The translations under genes were made by a program, and so were the position numbers. Positions 19,698 through 30,303 of a stretch of 64,000 nucleotides of DNA are shown here, piece by piece; positions within the stretch are counted from its first letter, which is position 1, and every line of letters begins with the position of its first letter. This stretch comes from a bacterium. GTDB taxonomy: Bacteria; UBP6; UBA1177. The stretch covers positions 40,066-104,065 of the forward strand of contig JAEESW010000004.1 in the NCBI GenBank assembly GCA_016290135.1, in the 5' to 3' direction. The notes under the pieces are model-generated. The model had not been told where the DNA came from. It did not search any database and worked only from the letters and a program-made list of their open reading frames with translations.

Positions 19698-22151
19698 GTG
19701 AACAGCAAAATAAAACTGATATTTCTGATGCTTTCTTCGGGCATCTTTTTCGTTCTGCCGCCGTTCCTTCTCGGCGGAGTCTATTACCACATCGGTACGA
19801 ACCTCGTCATCATGTTCATCGGTGCTTTCGCGATGTTCTGCTATTCGGTCTATCTGCTCGCGACGAAAAAATCTTTTGCAATTTCTTCGGTGATCTTTCC
19901 GCTCGCCGCTATAGTCTTTTTTGCACTGTTTCAGCTCATCCCGCTGCCGCTGCCTCTGCTCAAAATACTTTCTCCGCAGGGATATTTCTTTCATACTCTC
20001 GAAGGAAGCGGCGCACATCCTCTCACGATGTCGGTAAACGATACTGTTTATTCGATATTCCGCGTCCTGACGCTGATCTTCCTTTCCTGCATCCTTGCGC
20101 GCAACATATTTCTCGGCAACAAAAAGTGGAAGCAGAACACTATCGACACGGTGATCCTGATCTCGACTGTAGCCATAATCCTTTCAATCGCGCTGAGGTT
20201 CCTGCAGTCCGATGCTTGGCTTTACGGCAGGCTGCGCCATGGTGGATTTTTCATGGAGTCGATACTTATCAACACGAACAATGCGGCAGGATACTTCGGG
20301 ATCTCGGGTCTTCTCGCCCTCACTTCGATATATACGAGTAATTTTCAGCGGAAAAAGATCTTTTATGCTTCTCTTTTCTTCCTTCATTCGGCAGCCGTTG
20401 CGGCGACGCTTTCGAGAGGCGGCATCGCGGCTTATGTTGCAGCCTTGATACTTTTCTTTTTTATCAATAGAAAATCTGTAAAAAATTCAACTGGTTATAA
20501 GTTTTATCTGCCGGTTGCCGCACTTGTCCTGGCACTTGTTTTAGTCTATCAGACAGGACTGAAGCTCCTTGAACACGAGTTCGATTTTGGCAGGGAAGAT
20601 TATTTTAATAAGATCAGCGATATAGCCCGTGCGAAAGACTATTTTTACGATTTCCTCTTCACCGGTTCGGGTCTCGGCAGCTTTTCGAAAGTTTTCTCAT
20701 ACTATCAGTCGAATCTCTGGATCTATGCCCGCGAACTTGAGAACGAGCCGATACAGTTCATCCTTGAGACCGGCATAATTTTTGCCCTTTTTATATTTGG
20801 ATTTTTCATCTGGCTCGTCATCTTCGGGAAACGCGAAACCAAGCGGAAAAACGGACTCATGGCGATACTCTTTTTCATAGTGATGCACAATACTTTCGAT
20901 TTCAACCTGCACAATTTTTCGACGCTTTTCCCAATCATCCTTGTGCTCGTGCTTCTCGTAAAACCGATGGAACTGCGCGGAAACAAAAAAGTCGTTTCGC
21001 TCGCATCCCTTGCCGTTCTCTCTCTGGCAACAATGCTGTTCACCGCGACGGAAGGAGGGCAGAAACTTTTAGGTTATCAGCCCGATGATGCTCCGGCGGT
21101 CCCCTACGAAGAGGCGGTCTATCTTGAACCTGCAAATTTCAAGATCCCGCTGAATGCCGGTGTCGGCAAGCTCAATTCGGGAGACCAGGAACAAGTCATT
21201 TCGGCCGGAGCGGAACTCTCTTCGGCGCTTGCAAAGGCTCCGAAATACTACTACACCCACTATATCAACGGCGTTTACATGCTTCGTCTCGGCGCTTACG
21301 AACAGGCTCTCGTCCTCTTCAAACAGGCGCTTGACCTTTCGGGAAAAAAATATGCAAAAGTGCTTGAAACGGTCTACGACAGGATGTCGCGCTACGGTTT
21401 GCAGGAACGGATAACGGAGATAATCTCGCTGAATGAGAACAACAAAACCGAACTCGAAAGGTTTATTTTCAAAATTTCGGACTCAAACGATGCCGCGCTC
21501 GATTTTGCCAATAAAAATCAGGATGTTTTCTTCATTTCTGTCATCAGGAACATGCTGAAGGAGAAGCGTTATGACGAGGCTCTCGAGATGATAAGGAGGA
21601 TCCAGAGCGAAAGAAAGGATCTCACTGATTTCGAGCGCGGACAGTTATTGATCTACAACGGCAGAATTCTTGAAAAAGACAAACTTTACAAAGAAGCATT
21701 CGACCTTTATATGCGCGGTGCCGACCTCACTGAAAAGTTCAGCGACTATCTCACCGCGGCTTACTGCTCGCTCAAACTTGAAAAAGAGTCGCAGGATCTT
21801 GTTGAAAGCAGTCTCAAAAACATGACTTTGAGGACTTCCGGGAATCTCGGGAGCTACTACCGCTGGCTTTCGACGCGTGAATTTGCAGCGAAAAATCAAG
21901 CGGCGGGCTTCAAATATCTGGAAAGAGCGGCCGAAGTCGCGCACAATCCGTACTGGCAGCTTGAAGTCGCGAATATGTACGCAAAACGCGGGATGCACTA
22001 CTTTGCGGCGCAGACGTTCCTGAAAATCACAAGAGATTACCCGAAATTCAAGCCTGAAGAGATGAAAAAGCGCTACGAAGACGAAAAGCAGAAAATGGAG
22101 CGCGACGAAGAGAAAAATCTCAAAGAACTGATGTTCAGAGAGAAGAAATAA
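19698..22151 (+). CDS. O-antigen ligase-like (Wzy_C) membrane protein with TPR tail
   Basis: N.NN.AGY, TLSRGG, TGSGLGSF..VF, ENEP.Q...ETG, H..FDFNL; C-terminal TPRs. Confidence 0.75.
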   Translation: MNSKIKLIFLMLSSGIFFVLPPFLLGGVYYHIGTNLVIMFIGAFAMFCYSVYLLATKKSFAISSVIFPLAAIVFFALFQLIPLPLPLLKILSPQGYFFHTLEGSGAHPLTMSVNDTVYSIFRVLTLIFLSCILARNIFLGNKKWKQNTIDTVILISTVAIILSIALRFLQSDAWLYGRLRHGGFFMESILINTNNAAGYFGISGLLALTSIYTSNFQRKKIFYASLFFLHSAAVAATLSRGGIAAYVAALILFFFINRKSVKNSTGYKFYLPVAALVLALVLVYQTGLKLLEHEFDFGREDYFNKISDIARAKDYFYDFLFTGSGLGSFSKVFSYYQSNLWIYARELENEPIQFILETGIIFALFIFGFFIWLVIFGKRETKRKNGLMAILFFIVMHNTFDFNLHNFSTLFPIILVLVLLVKPMELRGNKKVVSLASLAVLSLATMLFTATEGGQKLLGYQPDDAPAVPYEEAVYLEPANFKIPLNAGVGKLNSGDQEQVISAGAELSSALAKAPKYYYTHYINGVYMLRLGAYEQALVLFKQALDLSGKKYAKVLETVYDRMSRYGLQERITEIISLNENNKTELERFIFKISDSNDAALDFANKNQDVFFISVIRNMLKEKRYDEALEMIRRIQSERKDLTDFERGQLLIYNGRILEKDKLYKEAFDLYMRGADLTEKFSDYLTAAYCSLKLEKESQDLVESSLKNMTLRTSGNLGSYYRWLSTREFAAKNQAAGFKYLERAAEVAHNPYWQLEVANMYAKRGMHYFAAQTFLKITRDYPKFKPEEMKKRYEDEKQKMERDEEKNLKELMFREKK

Positions 22152-22239
22152 TCTGAAAAACGCGTCAAAAAATTTCTTGCAGAAAAGGCAAAAATCGGTA
22201 TTTTTCAGCGGTTGTTTGAATAACTCTCGGAGGTAAAAA

Positions 22240-23268
22240 ATGAGTGCGGATCGCGGTCAGCTTGGTATTGTTGCCTGCAATTCAGGCAAAGTTTTTGCGG
22301 ATGCAATGGTCGAATATCTGAAGGAAAAGTACAAAAAGGAGCACTTGGAAGAGCGGTTCCGCTATATCCAGAGCACTGAAACGCACTTCGCGAACGGTGA
22401 GATAAAGACTTCAATAGATGAGCCTATCCGCGGCATGGATGTTTATGTCGTTCAGCTCATGGACGATCCTCTTTCTCCTTATTCGGTAAACGACAACCTT
22501 ATGGCGCTCGCGACGGCTCTGAATGCGGTCCACAACAGCGACGCGGCTTCTATCACGGCAGTCATTCCGCAGTTCCCGAACGCCCGTCAGGAGCGCAGAA
22601 AAGGGCGTGAAAGCGTGACGGCTTCGATGGTGGCATCATTTATCGAGGCGAGCGGTGCTTCGAGAGTCCTCACGATCGATATCCACGCTGAGGCGATCTC
22701 CGGTTTCTTCCATATTGCAAGACTCGACAACCTTCATGCATCGAAACAGCTGATGAATTCGATGAACAGAAGAAATCTTATCACCGAAAATACCGTCGTT
22801 GTCGCTCCCGATGTCGGTTCAGCCGAGACCGCAAGATACTATTCCCGTGCGCTGGAAACAGATATGGCTCTCATCGTCAAGGAACGTGACTACTCCAAGG
22901 CTTCCACAGTTGTTGATACCAAATTGGTAGGAAGCGTTGACGGAAGAGATGTCGTCATCGTCGACGACATGATCGCAACGGGCGGAACTTTGATCGCGGC
23001 ATGCCAGAAACTCCATGAATTCGGCGCAAAAAATATAGATGTTTTCTGCACTTTCCCGTTCTTCAACGGCGAGGCTGTGGCAAAACTCGACAAGGCTTAT
23101 GCCGACGGTTTTGTCCGGAGCGTCACCGGAACGAACGCAGTCATCCGCGGGGAAGAGTTCAAAAAAGCGCATCCGTGGTACAACGAAGTCGATGTCGCAA
23201 GATTCTTCGCGAAAGTCGTCTACAGCATAAACCACATGGAATCGATCTCGAACATCCTTGAATCATAG
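22240..23268 (+). CDS. prs: Ribose-phosphate pyrophosphokinase
   Basis: FANGE, ARQER, TIDIHA, VAPDVG, IVDDMIATGGTL. Confidence 0.95.
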   Translation: MSADRGQLGIVACNSGKVFADAMVEYLKEKYKKEHLEERFRYIQSTETHFANGEIKTSIDEPIRGMDVYVVQLMDDPLSPYSVNDNLMALATALNAVHNSDAASITAVIPQFPNARQERRKGRESVTASMVASFIEASGASRVLTIDIHAEAISGFFHIARLDNLHASKQLMNSMNRRNLITENTVVVAPDVGSAETARYYSRALETDMALIVKERDYSKASTVVDTKLVGSVDGRDVVIVDDMIATGGTLIAACQKLHEFGAKNIDVFCTFPFFNGEAVAKLDKAYADGFVRSVTGTNAVIRGEEFKKAHPWYNEVDVARFFAKVVYSINHMESISNILES

Positions 23269-23316
23269 AGCTAAGCACCTTTCCCGATATTTCTGATTTA
23301 AAAACAAGGAGTTGAA

Positions 23317-25908
23317 ATGCCAGCAAAGACCGCGATGGAAAAAGCGATGGAAACGCCGGCTATGCGCCAGTATCTTGAAATGAAAAAGCGCTACAGTGAT
23401 GCCATCCTCTTTTTCCGCATGGGGGACTTTTACGAAATGTTTTTCGACGATGCTGTCGAAGCTTCCGAGATCCTTGGAATAACGCTCACGAGCCGTCACA
23501 AAGACGCCGACATCCCTCTTGCGGGCGTGCCGTGGCATGCAGCGGATTTCTATATCAAAAAGCTCCTCGAAGCGGGGAAAAAAGTCGCGGTATGCGAGCA
23601 GGGCGACACCATGGACAGCACGAAAAAGACGATGGAACGCAGCGTCGTCCGCATCATGACGCCGGGGACTGTCGTTGAGGAAAGTTCGCTCAACGAAAAC
23701 AGGAACAACTGGCTGATGTCGGTCTTTTTCAAAAAGAAGGACGCTTTTTTCTGCTGGGTGGATGTAAGCTGCGGAAACGTGTTTTACGCTGTTTCGACCG
23801 AAGTTTCGGCTTCTGACATCATAGATCTGGTCGATCCGAGGGAGACTATTCTTTCGGAAGCTTCTTCTTTTGTCAAAGGCGAAGTGCTCGATCTCGAAAA
23901 ATTTGACGACTGGGTTCCGTCGGCAACAGCGGCCGAATACCTTGAAAGCCTTTTGGGATGCACCTTTGACAAGAATGTTTTTGCAGCTTTGAAGCAGCTT
24001 CTTTTCTATCTCGATTCGCTCTATTTCGGCAACTTTCCGCCGCTCAGACTTCCGGTTGAATGGAAAAACAGCGACACAGCATCGCTTGACTACAACACCG
24101 TTTCCAACCTTGAGCTTGAAAAAACGCTCATCGGAGGAGAAAGGGCAGGGTCTCTCCTCTGGGCGATAGACAGGACGCAGACCCCCATGGGAAAAAGGCT
24201 GCTTTCGGAAGTCATAAAAAATCCGCTGAAAAGCCGCGATAAGATCATTCTCAGACAGTGCTGTGTCGCTGCTTTGTCCGAAGATCCTGTGCTTTTGCGT
24301 GAAATAAGAAATCTTCTCGGAGAGATCAGAGATTTTGAGAGGATACTCAGCAGGATCCTTGTCAGAAGGGGAGGTCCGCGCGAAATATCCATGCTTGCGG
24401 CATCGCTGCTTCAGGCGGTGAAACTTCGTTCTTACATCATGAGCATGCCTGAAAAAATGCCCTTTTTTGCTTCAGACGAGCCTTTGGAACTCAGTGAAGA
24501 GCAGATCGTTTCTTGGCAGAAGCGTTTTCTGGAGGATGCTCCGCTTCTCTACAGGGAAGGCGGTTTCGTGAATGCCGATTTTTCCCCCGAAGTTTTTGAA
24601 CTTTCCGATTTTATCCACAATTCGCGCTCCCATATCGTTGCGCTTGAGACAAGAGAGCGCGAAAAAACGAAGATCCCCACGTTGAAAGTGGGTTTTACCA
24701 AAGTTTTCGGATACTATTTCGAGATCAGCAAGCGTTTTGAAAAGCAGGTTCCCGACTATTTCATCAGAAAGCAGACAACGGTCAACACGGAACGCTATTT
24801 TACGGCGGAACTCAAGGAACTTGAGGAAAAGATATCATCGGCAAAAGACCGTCTGACAGCGCTTGAACTCAAGATCCTCGACGATACGGTGAGTGAGATC
24901 GCCTCGTTCAAAAACGACATCCTTTCAGTCGCAAAGTTTGTTGCCTGGGCCGATCTTTTCGGCGGACTCGCGAAACTTGCGGTCGAGAAAAACTACTGTC
25001 GCCCCGAGATAAAGGACGAAGAAGGGATCGAGATAGTCGACGGCAGACATCCCGTTGTCGAAGCGTGCCTCAAAGACGCGAGATATGTTCCGGCAAGCGT
25101 TTCGATAGGTTCGGGAAACAGGCGTTTCTGCCTTGTCACCGGTCCCAACATGGGCGGTAAATCGACTTTGATGCGAATGACTGCGCTCATCGTTTTGCTT
25201 GCGCAGACCGGCAGTTTCGTTCCCGCTGAAAGCGCGAAAATAGGGATCGTTGACGCGATTTTTACCCGTGTCGGGGCGAGCGACAACCTTTCAAAGGGGG
25301 AATCGACTTTCCTTGTTGAAATGAAGGAGACAGCGTCGATCCTCAATGCCGCGACCGAAAGATCGCTCATAATCCTTGACGAGATAGGGCGCGGAACGGG
25401 AACTTACGACGGCATCAGCCTTGCCCGCGCGATCGCTGAATACATCATAACCAGGATCAACGCGACGACCCTTTTCGCAACGCATTACCACATCCTGACC
25501 GAGCTTGCCGAAGACTTTGAGCAGGTGGCGAATTTCCACATGACAGTCAGAGAATACGCCGGAAAGATGCGCTTCCTCTATCAGATGGAGGAGGGCGGCA
25601 GCAGCAGGAGTTTCGGCGTCGAAGTGGCAAAACTCACCGACATGCCGAAAGAAGTCATCAAAAACGCCGAAAAGATCCTCAAAAAAATGGAGGGTTTTGA
25701 CCGCAGGATGCGATTCGAAAACGGCTCGATGCTTCAGACCGACATTTTTTCGATGGCGGAGGAGCAGAATAAAAGTGTTGTTCCGGAATATCTTCGCGAG
25801 ATCGAGAAAACTTTAAGGCGTATCGATCCAGAAAAGATAAATCCTCGTGAAGCGATGAATGTGGTTTTTCAATTATTTGATATCATTAAGGAAAACGATG
25901 ATGAATAG
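23317..25908 (+). CDS. mutS: DNA mismatch repair protein MutS
   Basis: TPAMRQY, FFRMGDFYEMF, GRHPVVE, TGPNMGGKST, STFLVEM, DEIGRGT, FATHYH. Confidence 0.98.
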   Translation: MPAKTAMEKAMETPAMRQYLEMKKRYSDAILFFRMGDFYEMFFDDAVEASEILGITLTSRHKDADIPLAGVPWHAADFYIKKLLEAGKKVAVCEQGDTMDSTKKTMERSVVRIMTPGTVVEESSLNENRNNWLMSVFFKKKDAFFCWVDVSCGNVFYAVSTEVSASDIIDLVDPRETILSEASSFVKGEVLDLEKFDDWVPSATAAEYLESLLGCTFDKNVFAALKQLLFYLDSLYFGNFPPLRLPVEWKNSDTASLDYNTVSNLELEKTLIGGERAGSLLWAIDRTQTPMGKRLLSEVIKNPLKSRDKIILRQCCVAALSEDPVLLREIRNLLGEIRDFERILSRILVRRGGPREISMLAASLLQAVKLRSYIMSMPEKMPFFASDEPLELSEEQIVSWQKRFLEDAPLLYREGGFVNADFSPEVFELSDFIHNSRSHIVALETREREKTKIPTLKVGFTKVFGYYFEISKRFEKQVPDYFIRKQTTVNTERYFTAELKELEEKISSAKDRLTALELKILDDTVSEIASFKNDILSVAKFVAWADLFGGLAKLAVEKNYCRPEIKDEEGIEIVDGRHPVVEACLKDARYVPASVSIGSGNRRFCLVTGPNMGGKSTLMRMTALIVLLAQTGSFVPAESAKIGIVDAIFTRVGASDNLSKGESTFLVEMKETASILNAATERSLIILDEIGRGTGTYDGISLARAIAEYIITRINATTLFATHYHILTELAEDFEQVANFHMTVREYAGKMRFLYQMEEGGSSRSFGVEVAKLTDMPKEVIKNAEKILKKMEGFDRRMRFENGSMLQTDIFSMAEEQNKSVVPEYLREIEKTLRRIDPEKINPREAMNVVFQLFDIIKENDDE

Positions 25909-25928
25909 TTTGCGGCAGGATCCGTTTT

Positions 25929-28430
25929 TCAGCCGATAAACTTATATCCGTTTTCTTCTATCACTTTGCGGACAGCAGCTTCGTCAAATTCTCCCGAAAG
26001 GGTAAGAACGGCTTCTCCTTTTTCGTGGCTCGTTGTTGCGCTTTGGATGAATGGAAGCTCTTCGAGCACTTTTTTGACTCTCGCTTCGCAGTGTTTGCAC
26101 ATCATTCCTTCGATCTTTACTGTCTTTTCCATTTTTTCACTCCTTTTTTTACCAAAGTTTTCAGATATTTCCCGATTTAGTTCGTCCATAGAAAATCCTT
26201 CTGTTTTCAGACGTTTATCGTGATTGGTGCTGTATATTTTGAAAAGATTTATTCTGAGGGCGTTCATACAGACGGTAAAACTTGAAAGGCTCATCGCCGC
26301 GGCACCTATCATGGGGTTCATTTTCCAAGAGAAAAGCCCTGCTGCAAGCGGGATGCAGATCACATTGTAAAAAAATGCCCAAAAAAGATTTTCATGAATA
26401 TTTTTAAGGGTCTTTCTGCTTAAACGAATGGCTGCGGCGGCATCTGCGAGAGAGCTGTTCATCAAAACGATGGACGCACTTTCTATCGCAATGTCTGTCC
26501 CCGCGCCTATCGCAATGCCTGTATCAGCCTTTGTGAGTGCGGGGGAATCGTTGATCCCGTCACCTATGAAAGCCACTTTTCCGTATTTCTGCATCATAAC
26601 GACCGCCTCGGCTTTTTCTTCGGGGAGGACTCCCGCAATGATCCCGTCAACTCCCGCTTCTCTGCCTATCGCAAGAGCAGTGCGTTCGTTGTCGCCTGTG
26701 AGCATTACTACTTTGAGTCCCATTTTGTGAAACTGGGAGACAGCGTCCGCAGAATCATGTTTTATAGAGTCTGCCGCTGCGATGACACCTAAAAGATTTC
26801 CGTTTTCGGCAAAGTAGAGCGGCGTTTTGCCTTCAACGGCCAATTTTTTGCCAAAAGCATCAATGTTTTCAGAAGTTTTTACAAAATCAGAGATATATTT
26901 TCCGCTTCCGCCGCGAAAGATGCTCTCTCCGATCCGTGCTTCGACGCCGTTTCCCGGAAGAGTGCGGAAACCGGTCGTTTCAAGAGCCTTTATTCCCAAG
27001 GATCCAGCCTTTTTTATTATTGCTTTTGCCAAGGGATGCTCGCTTTTTCCTTCAAGCGAGAAGGCTTTCTGCAAAAGGTCGTTTTCAGTGATCCCTCCGT
27101 TCGGGACAATGTCCGTGACTACAGGTTCTCCCGAAGTTATAGTCCCCGTTTTGTCGAGTGCGACGATCGCCGTTTTTCCTGCTGATTCAAGAGCTTCGCC
27201 GCTTTTGAAAAGGATCCCGTTTTTGGCACCCGCACCGCTTCCGACCATTATTGCGACAGGTGTTGCCAGGCCTAAAGCACAGGGGCACGAAATTACGAGG
27301 ACAGATATTGCCCTTGCTAGAGAAAACGCGATAGTTTCTCCGGCAATGAGCCAGCCTGCGCACACGATCAGAGCGATTATGATTACGGCCGGAACGAACC
27401 AAGCCGAAACTTTGTCCGCGATCCTCGCTATAGGAGCTTTCGTTGCGGCGGCATCCGAAACAAGGCGGATGATGCGTGCCAAAGCGGTGTCTTCGCCGAC
27501 TTTTGTCGCCCGGCAGGTGAGATGCCCTGTCTGATTTATGGTCGCTGCACTCACATTCGAGCCTTCGCTTTTGTCGACAGGGACCGATTCTCCAGTCAGA
27601 GCCGATTCATCGACTGAACTTGCGCCTGAAATGACGACTCCGTCGACCGGGATCTTTTCACCAGGACGGACGATAAAAATGTCTCCGACCTTCACTTCCT
27701 CGGCTTTTACTTCTGTTTCAGCGCCGTTTTTAACGAGTGTCGCTTTGACCGGAGCGAGTTTGATGAGCCCTTTGAGAGCATTCGTCGTTTTCCCTTTCGA
27801 TATCGCTTCAAGCATCTTTCCGACCGTGATCAATGCCGGGATCATAGCCGCAGATTCGAAATAGAGCTGGTCGTGATAAAGTTCAGCACATTCAGGATGG
27901 TCTGCGAAAATCAGGCAGAGCACATAAAAACTCCAGCCGAAAGAGACACTTGATCCGAGCGCAACAAGAGTATCCATATTCGGCGCGCCGTGGAAGACCG
28001 AGCGGAAACCGCTTGTGAAAAATTTCTGGTTTATAACCATGACGATTGCCGCGAGGATCATCTGGATCAAGGCAAGGTGTTTGTGCGAAAGCTCCTCGGG
28101 AAGCGGCAGACCCAGCATGTGGTGCCCCATCGTGATGTACATTAAAACAATGAGAAAAATCACGGATGAGAGTAGTCTTTTTTTGAGTTTCGGCGTTTCG
28201 GTATCTTTCAGAATATTGTCGTCCGGATCATTTCCTTTCGGTTTCGCGCTGTATCCCGCATCAACGACTGCTTTGATGACCGCTTCATCAGAAGCCGAGC
28301 CTTCGACCCCCATCGAATTCGTGAGGAGACTCACGCTTACAGATTCAACTCCTTCAACTTTTGACACAGCCTTTTCGACACGCGCCTGACACGCCGCGCA
28401 GCTCATTCCTGTAACAGTATAGTGTTTCAT
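25929..28430 (-). CDS. copA: Cu(I)-type P1B ATPase with N- and C-terminal HMA domains
   Basis: [51 protein letters not shown]. Confidence 0.93.
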   Translation of the reverse strand: MKHYTVTGMSCAACQARVEKAVSKVEGVESVSVSLLTNSMGVEGSASDEAVIKAVVDAGYSAKPKGNDPDDNILKDTETPKLKKRLLSSVIFLIVLMYITMGHHMLGLPLPEELSHKHLALIQMILAAIVMVINQKFFTSGFRSVFHGAPNMDTLVALGSSVSFGWSFYVLCLIFADHPECAELYHDQLYFESAAMIPALITVGKMLEAISKGKTTNALKGLIKLAPVKATLVKNGAETEVKAEEVKVGDIFIVRPGEKIPVDGVVISGASSVDESALTGESVPVDKSEGSNVSAATINQTGHLTCRATKVGEDTALARIIRLVSDAAATKAPIARIADKVSAWFVPAVIIIALIVCAGWLIAGETIAFSLARAISVLVISCPCALGLATPVAIMVGSGAGAKNGILFKSGEALESAGKTAIVALDKTGTITSGEPVVTDIVPNGGITENDLLQKAFSLEGKSEHPLAKAIIKKAGSLGIKALETTGFRTLPGNGVEARIGESIFRGGSGKYISDFVKTSENIDAFGKKLAVEGKTPLYFAENGNLLGVIAAADSIKHDSADAVSQFHKMGLKVVMLTGDNERTALAIGREAGVDGIIAGVLPEEKAEAVVMMQKYGKVAFIGDGINDSPALTKADTGIAIGAGTDIAIESASIVLMNSSLADAAAAIRLSRKTLKNIHENLFWAFFYNVICIPLAAGLFSWKMNPMIGAAAMSLSSFTVCMNALRINLFKIYSTNHDKRLKTEGFSMDELNREISENFGKKRSEKMEKTVKIEGMMCKHCEARVKKVLEELPFIQSATTSHEKGEAVLTLSGEFDEAAVRKVIEENGYKFIG

Positions 28431-28762
28431 GAAGACCTCTTTTTTTTCAAATTCTTCAAAACATCAGGATTGTTCGCGGTAATGACTCCGAGAGTTTGGC
28501 ATTCTTCCATTTCCCGGCAGTCGCCGCATGTCGTAAAACCTTTTTGTATAGCGCATTTGCGGACAGCGCAGAGATTTTCACAGTAAAAGGTTTTGATCCC
28601 TTCGGTGCGGCATCCTGTGCAGTTGATGTGCTCTGGGAGAATTGTGGCGTGATTCAGTTCGCTCCAGAGTTTCGCCGTTTTCTCGCGCAATGAATCATCG
28701 TTGTTTTTTGTCGCGATATATGCGTCGCACTTTTCGCAGTCAAGGCCGCAGTAACCGATCAT
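28427..28762 (-). CDS. DUF3795 Cys-rich protein
   Basis: GYCGLDC..C, C.GCR, C.VR.CA..KG..TCG.C pattern. Confidence 0.8.
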   Translation of the reverse strand: MIGYCGLDCEKCDAYIATKNNDDSLREKTAKLWSELNHATILPEHINCTGCRTEGIKTFYCENLCAVRKCAIQKGFTTCGDCREMEECQTLGVITANNPDVLKNLKKKRSS

Positions 28763-29582
28763 GGATTTTTCCCTCTTTAAACATCTTCATCATTTCGTTG
28801 GTTAAGCTGATACTGTCCGGCTGCAGCTCGATCTCATCGCGTTTGAGCCACTGCGCGGACTTCAGTTCGTTTTCATCAAGGCGGATCTTGTTATCGCCGT
28901 CGGCTTCGCAGAAAAAACCGACTAAAATATCCTGCGCGATTCCCCACGGCTGCGATTTGTAGTAGCGGATATTTTTAACTTTTATGCCGGTCTCTTCCAT
29001 CACTTCGCGGGCCACGGTCTGCTCAAAAGTTTCGCCGATCTCGGTGAATCCGGCGACGAGAGCGTTGTGGTTGTATCCGTTGCGATATCTCGTGACCAGA
29101 AGGGAGTCGCTTTTTGTGACTGCCACGATGACGGCCGGATTTATGCGGGGATAGACGGTGTTTCCGCATTTTTTACAGACAAGAGCGCGTTCGGTTTCGG
29201 AAAATGAAAGTTCTGCCGCGCACCTTCCGCAGAAGCGGTTGTCCGTGTACCAGCGCCACAAGTGATACGCCGTAAATGCGACAAGAAGATCGGCATTTCC
29301 GCAGGTTCCGCGCAGCTCACGCAAGCCCTGATAGCAAAAACCTGCGAGCGAAATTTCATCCTGAGTTAAGTCTAAAAAATAGCGTTTTTCGTCCACGGAA
29401 AAGAGGTAAATTATTTTTTCTGTTGCCGGCGAATTTTTTGCAGTTGGAAACAAAAGAGAGTCGCCTTCCGCTTTGACGAGGATCTCACCGTTTTTGTTGA
29501 AATACAGAATAAAATCAGTCTCTTGAGGCTTGAGATTTTTAAAGGCGATATCGAATTTACTCGGACCAATGTCCTGGATCAT
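28740..29582 (-). CDS. nudC: NAD(H) diphosphatase NudC
   Basis: RFCG.C, C..CG...YPRI.PAVI, Nudix box AGF.EIGE.....AREVMEETG, SQPW. Confidence 0.92.
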   Translation of the reverse strand: MIQDIGPSKFDIAFKNLKPQETDFILYFNKNGEILVKAEGDSLLFPTAKNSPATEKIIYLFSVDEKRYFLDLTQDEISLAGFCYQGLRELRGTCGNADLLVAFTAYHLWRWYTDNRFCGRCAAELSFSETERALVCKKCGNTVYPRINPAVIVAVTKSDSLLVTRYRNGYNHNALVAGFTEIGETFEQTVAREVMEETGIKVKNIRYYKSQPWGIAQDILVGFFCEADGDNKIRLDENELKSAQWLKRDEIELQPDSISLTNEMMKMFKEGKIHDRLLRP

Positions 29583-30208
29583 GATTTTATCCTCAAACCT
29601 TCTATCTCTTTCTGCAGCTGTTCAAGAAATCTTGCCGCGTCCCCGCCGTCCATCTGGACATGGTGGAACTGGAAAGAGACCGGCAGCGTGGTTTTGAAGA
29701 AGCCTTTCCGGTATCTTCCCCACATCACCATCGGATTGCTGAATTTATCGGTGTATTGATTTATGATGTAGTCGAGTTCCGTCTGTATCATCGCCGATGT
29801 TCCGATGATCATACACCCTTCAAGATAACTGCTTCTGCACTCGTCAGCAGTTTTGACTGTAAGTTTAAGATAGTCGCTGTTAAACTGCCGCAGATCATCC
29901 GAAAACGGAATGTCGCAGGAGTTGATTCCGCCTTTGACGTTTCTTACGACGACATTGACTGCGAGCGTGTCATACCGGAAGAGTTTTCCTCTTTCCGGCA
30001 GCGTGTAGAATTCCTTCATTCCGCTTGCAGCTCTGACTATGCACCAGCACATCAGCGTATTGAACTTTATACCGCTTCTGCCGCTCACTTTGAGCAGGCG
30101 GCTCACATCCATCGTTTTTACCAAAGTCACCATCGGCACAGGTGCCGTCATCCAGAGCCTGAAGGCTTCGGAACGGCTGCTTTCCTTGGGATCTATTTCT
30201 GTTTTCAT
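29579..30208 (-). CDS. CatA-like O-acetyltransferase (chloramphenicol acetyltransferase family)
   Basis: R.EAF..W, P.V.WGRY, LPVS.QFHH.QMDG catalytic motif. Confidence 0.8.
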   Translation of the reverse strand: MKTEIDPKESSRSEAFRLWMTAPVPMVTLVKTMDVSRLLKVSGRSGIKFNTLMCWCIVRAASGMKEFYTLPERGKLFRYDTLAVNVVVRNVKGGINSCDIPFSDDLRQFNSDYLKLTVKTADECRSSYLEGCMIIGTSAMIQTELDYIINQYTDKFSNPMVMWGRYRKGFFKTTLPVSFQFHHVQMDGGDAARFLEQLQKEIEGLRIKS

Positions 30209-30303
30209 TGGAACCCCTGAATAAAACATCCGAAAAACGACCGATATTTTAACGATTTTTCAGTTGATTGGAATATTTCCCTGCGGCTTGTGTACGAACT
30301 AAT

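Noticed and set aside
26827-27534. Long antisense or alternate-frame ORFs (e.g. 2008-2814, 26827-27534, 29660-30220, 37337-37915, 54741-55304)
   Set aside because: They are shadows of well-supported genes on the opposite strand and have no recognisable motifs.
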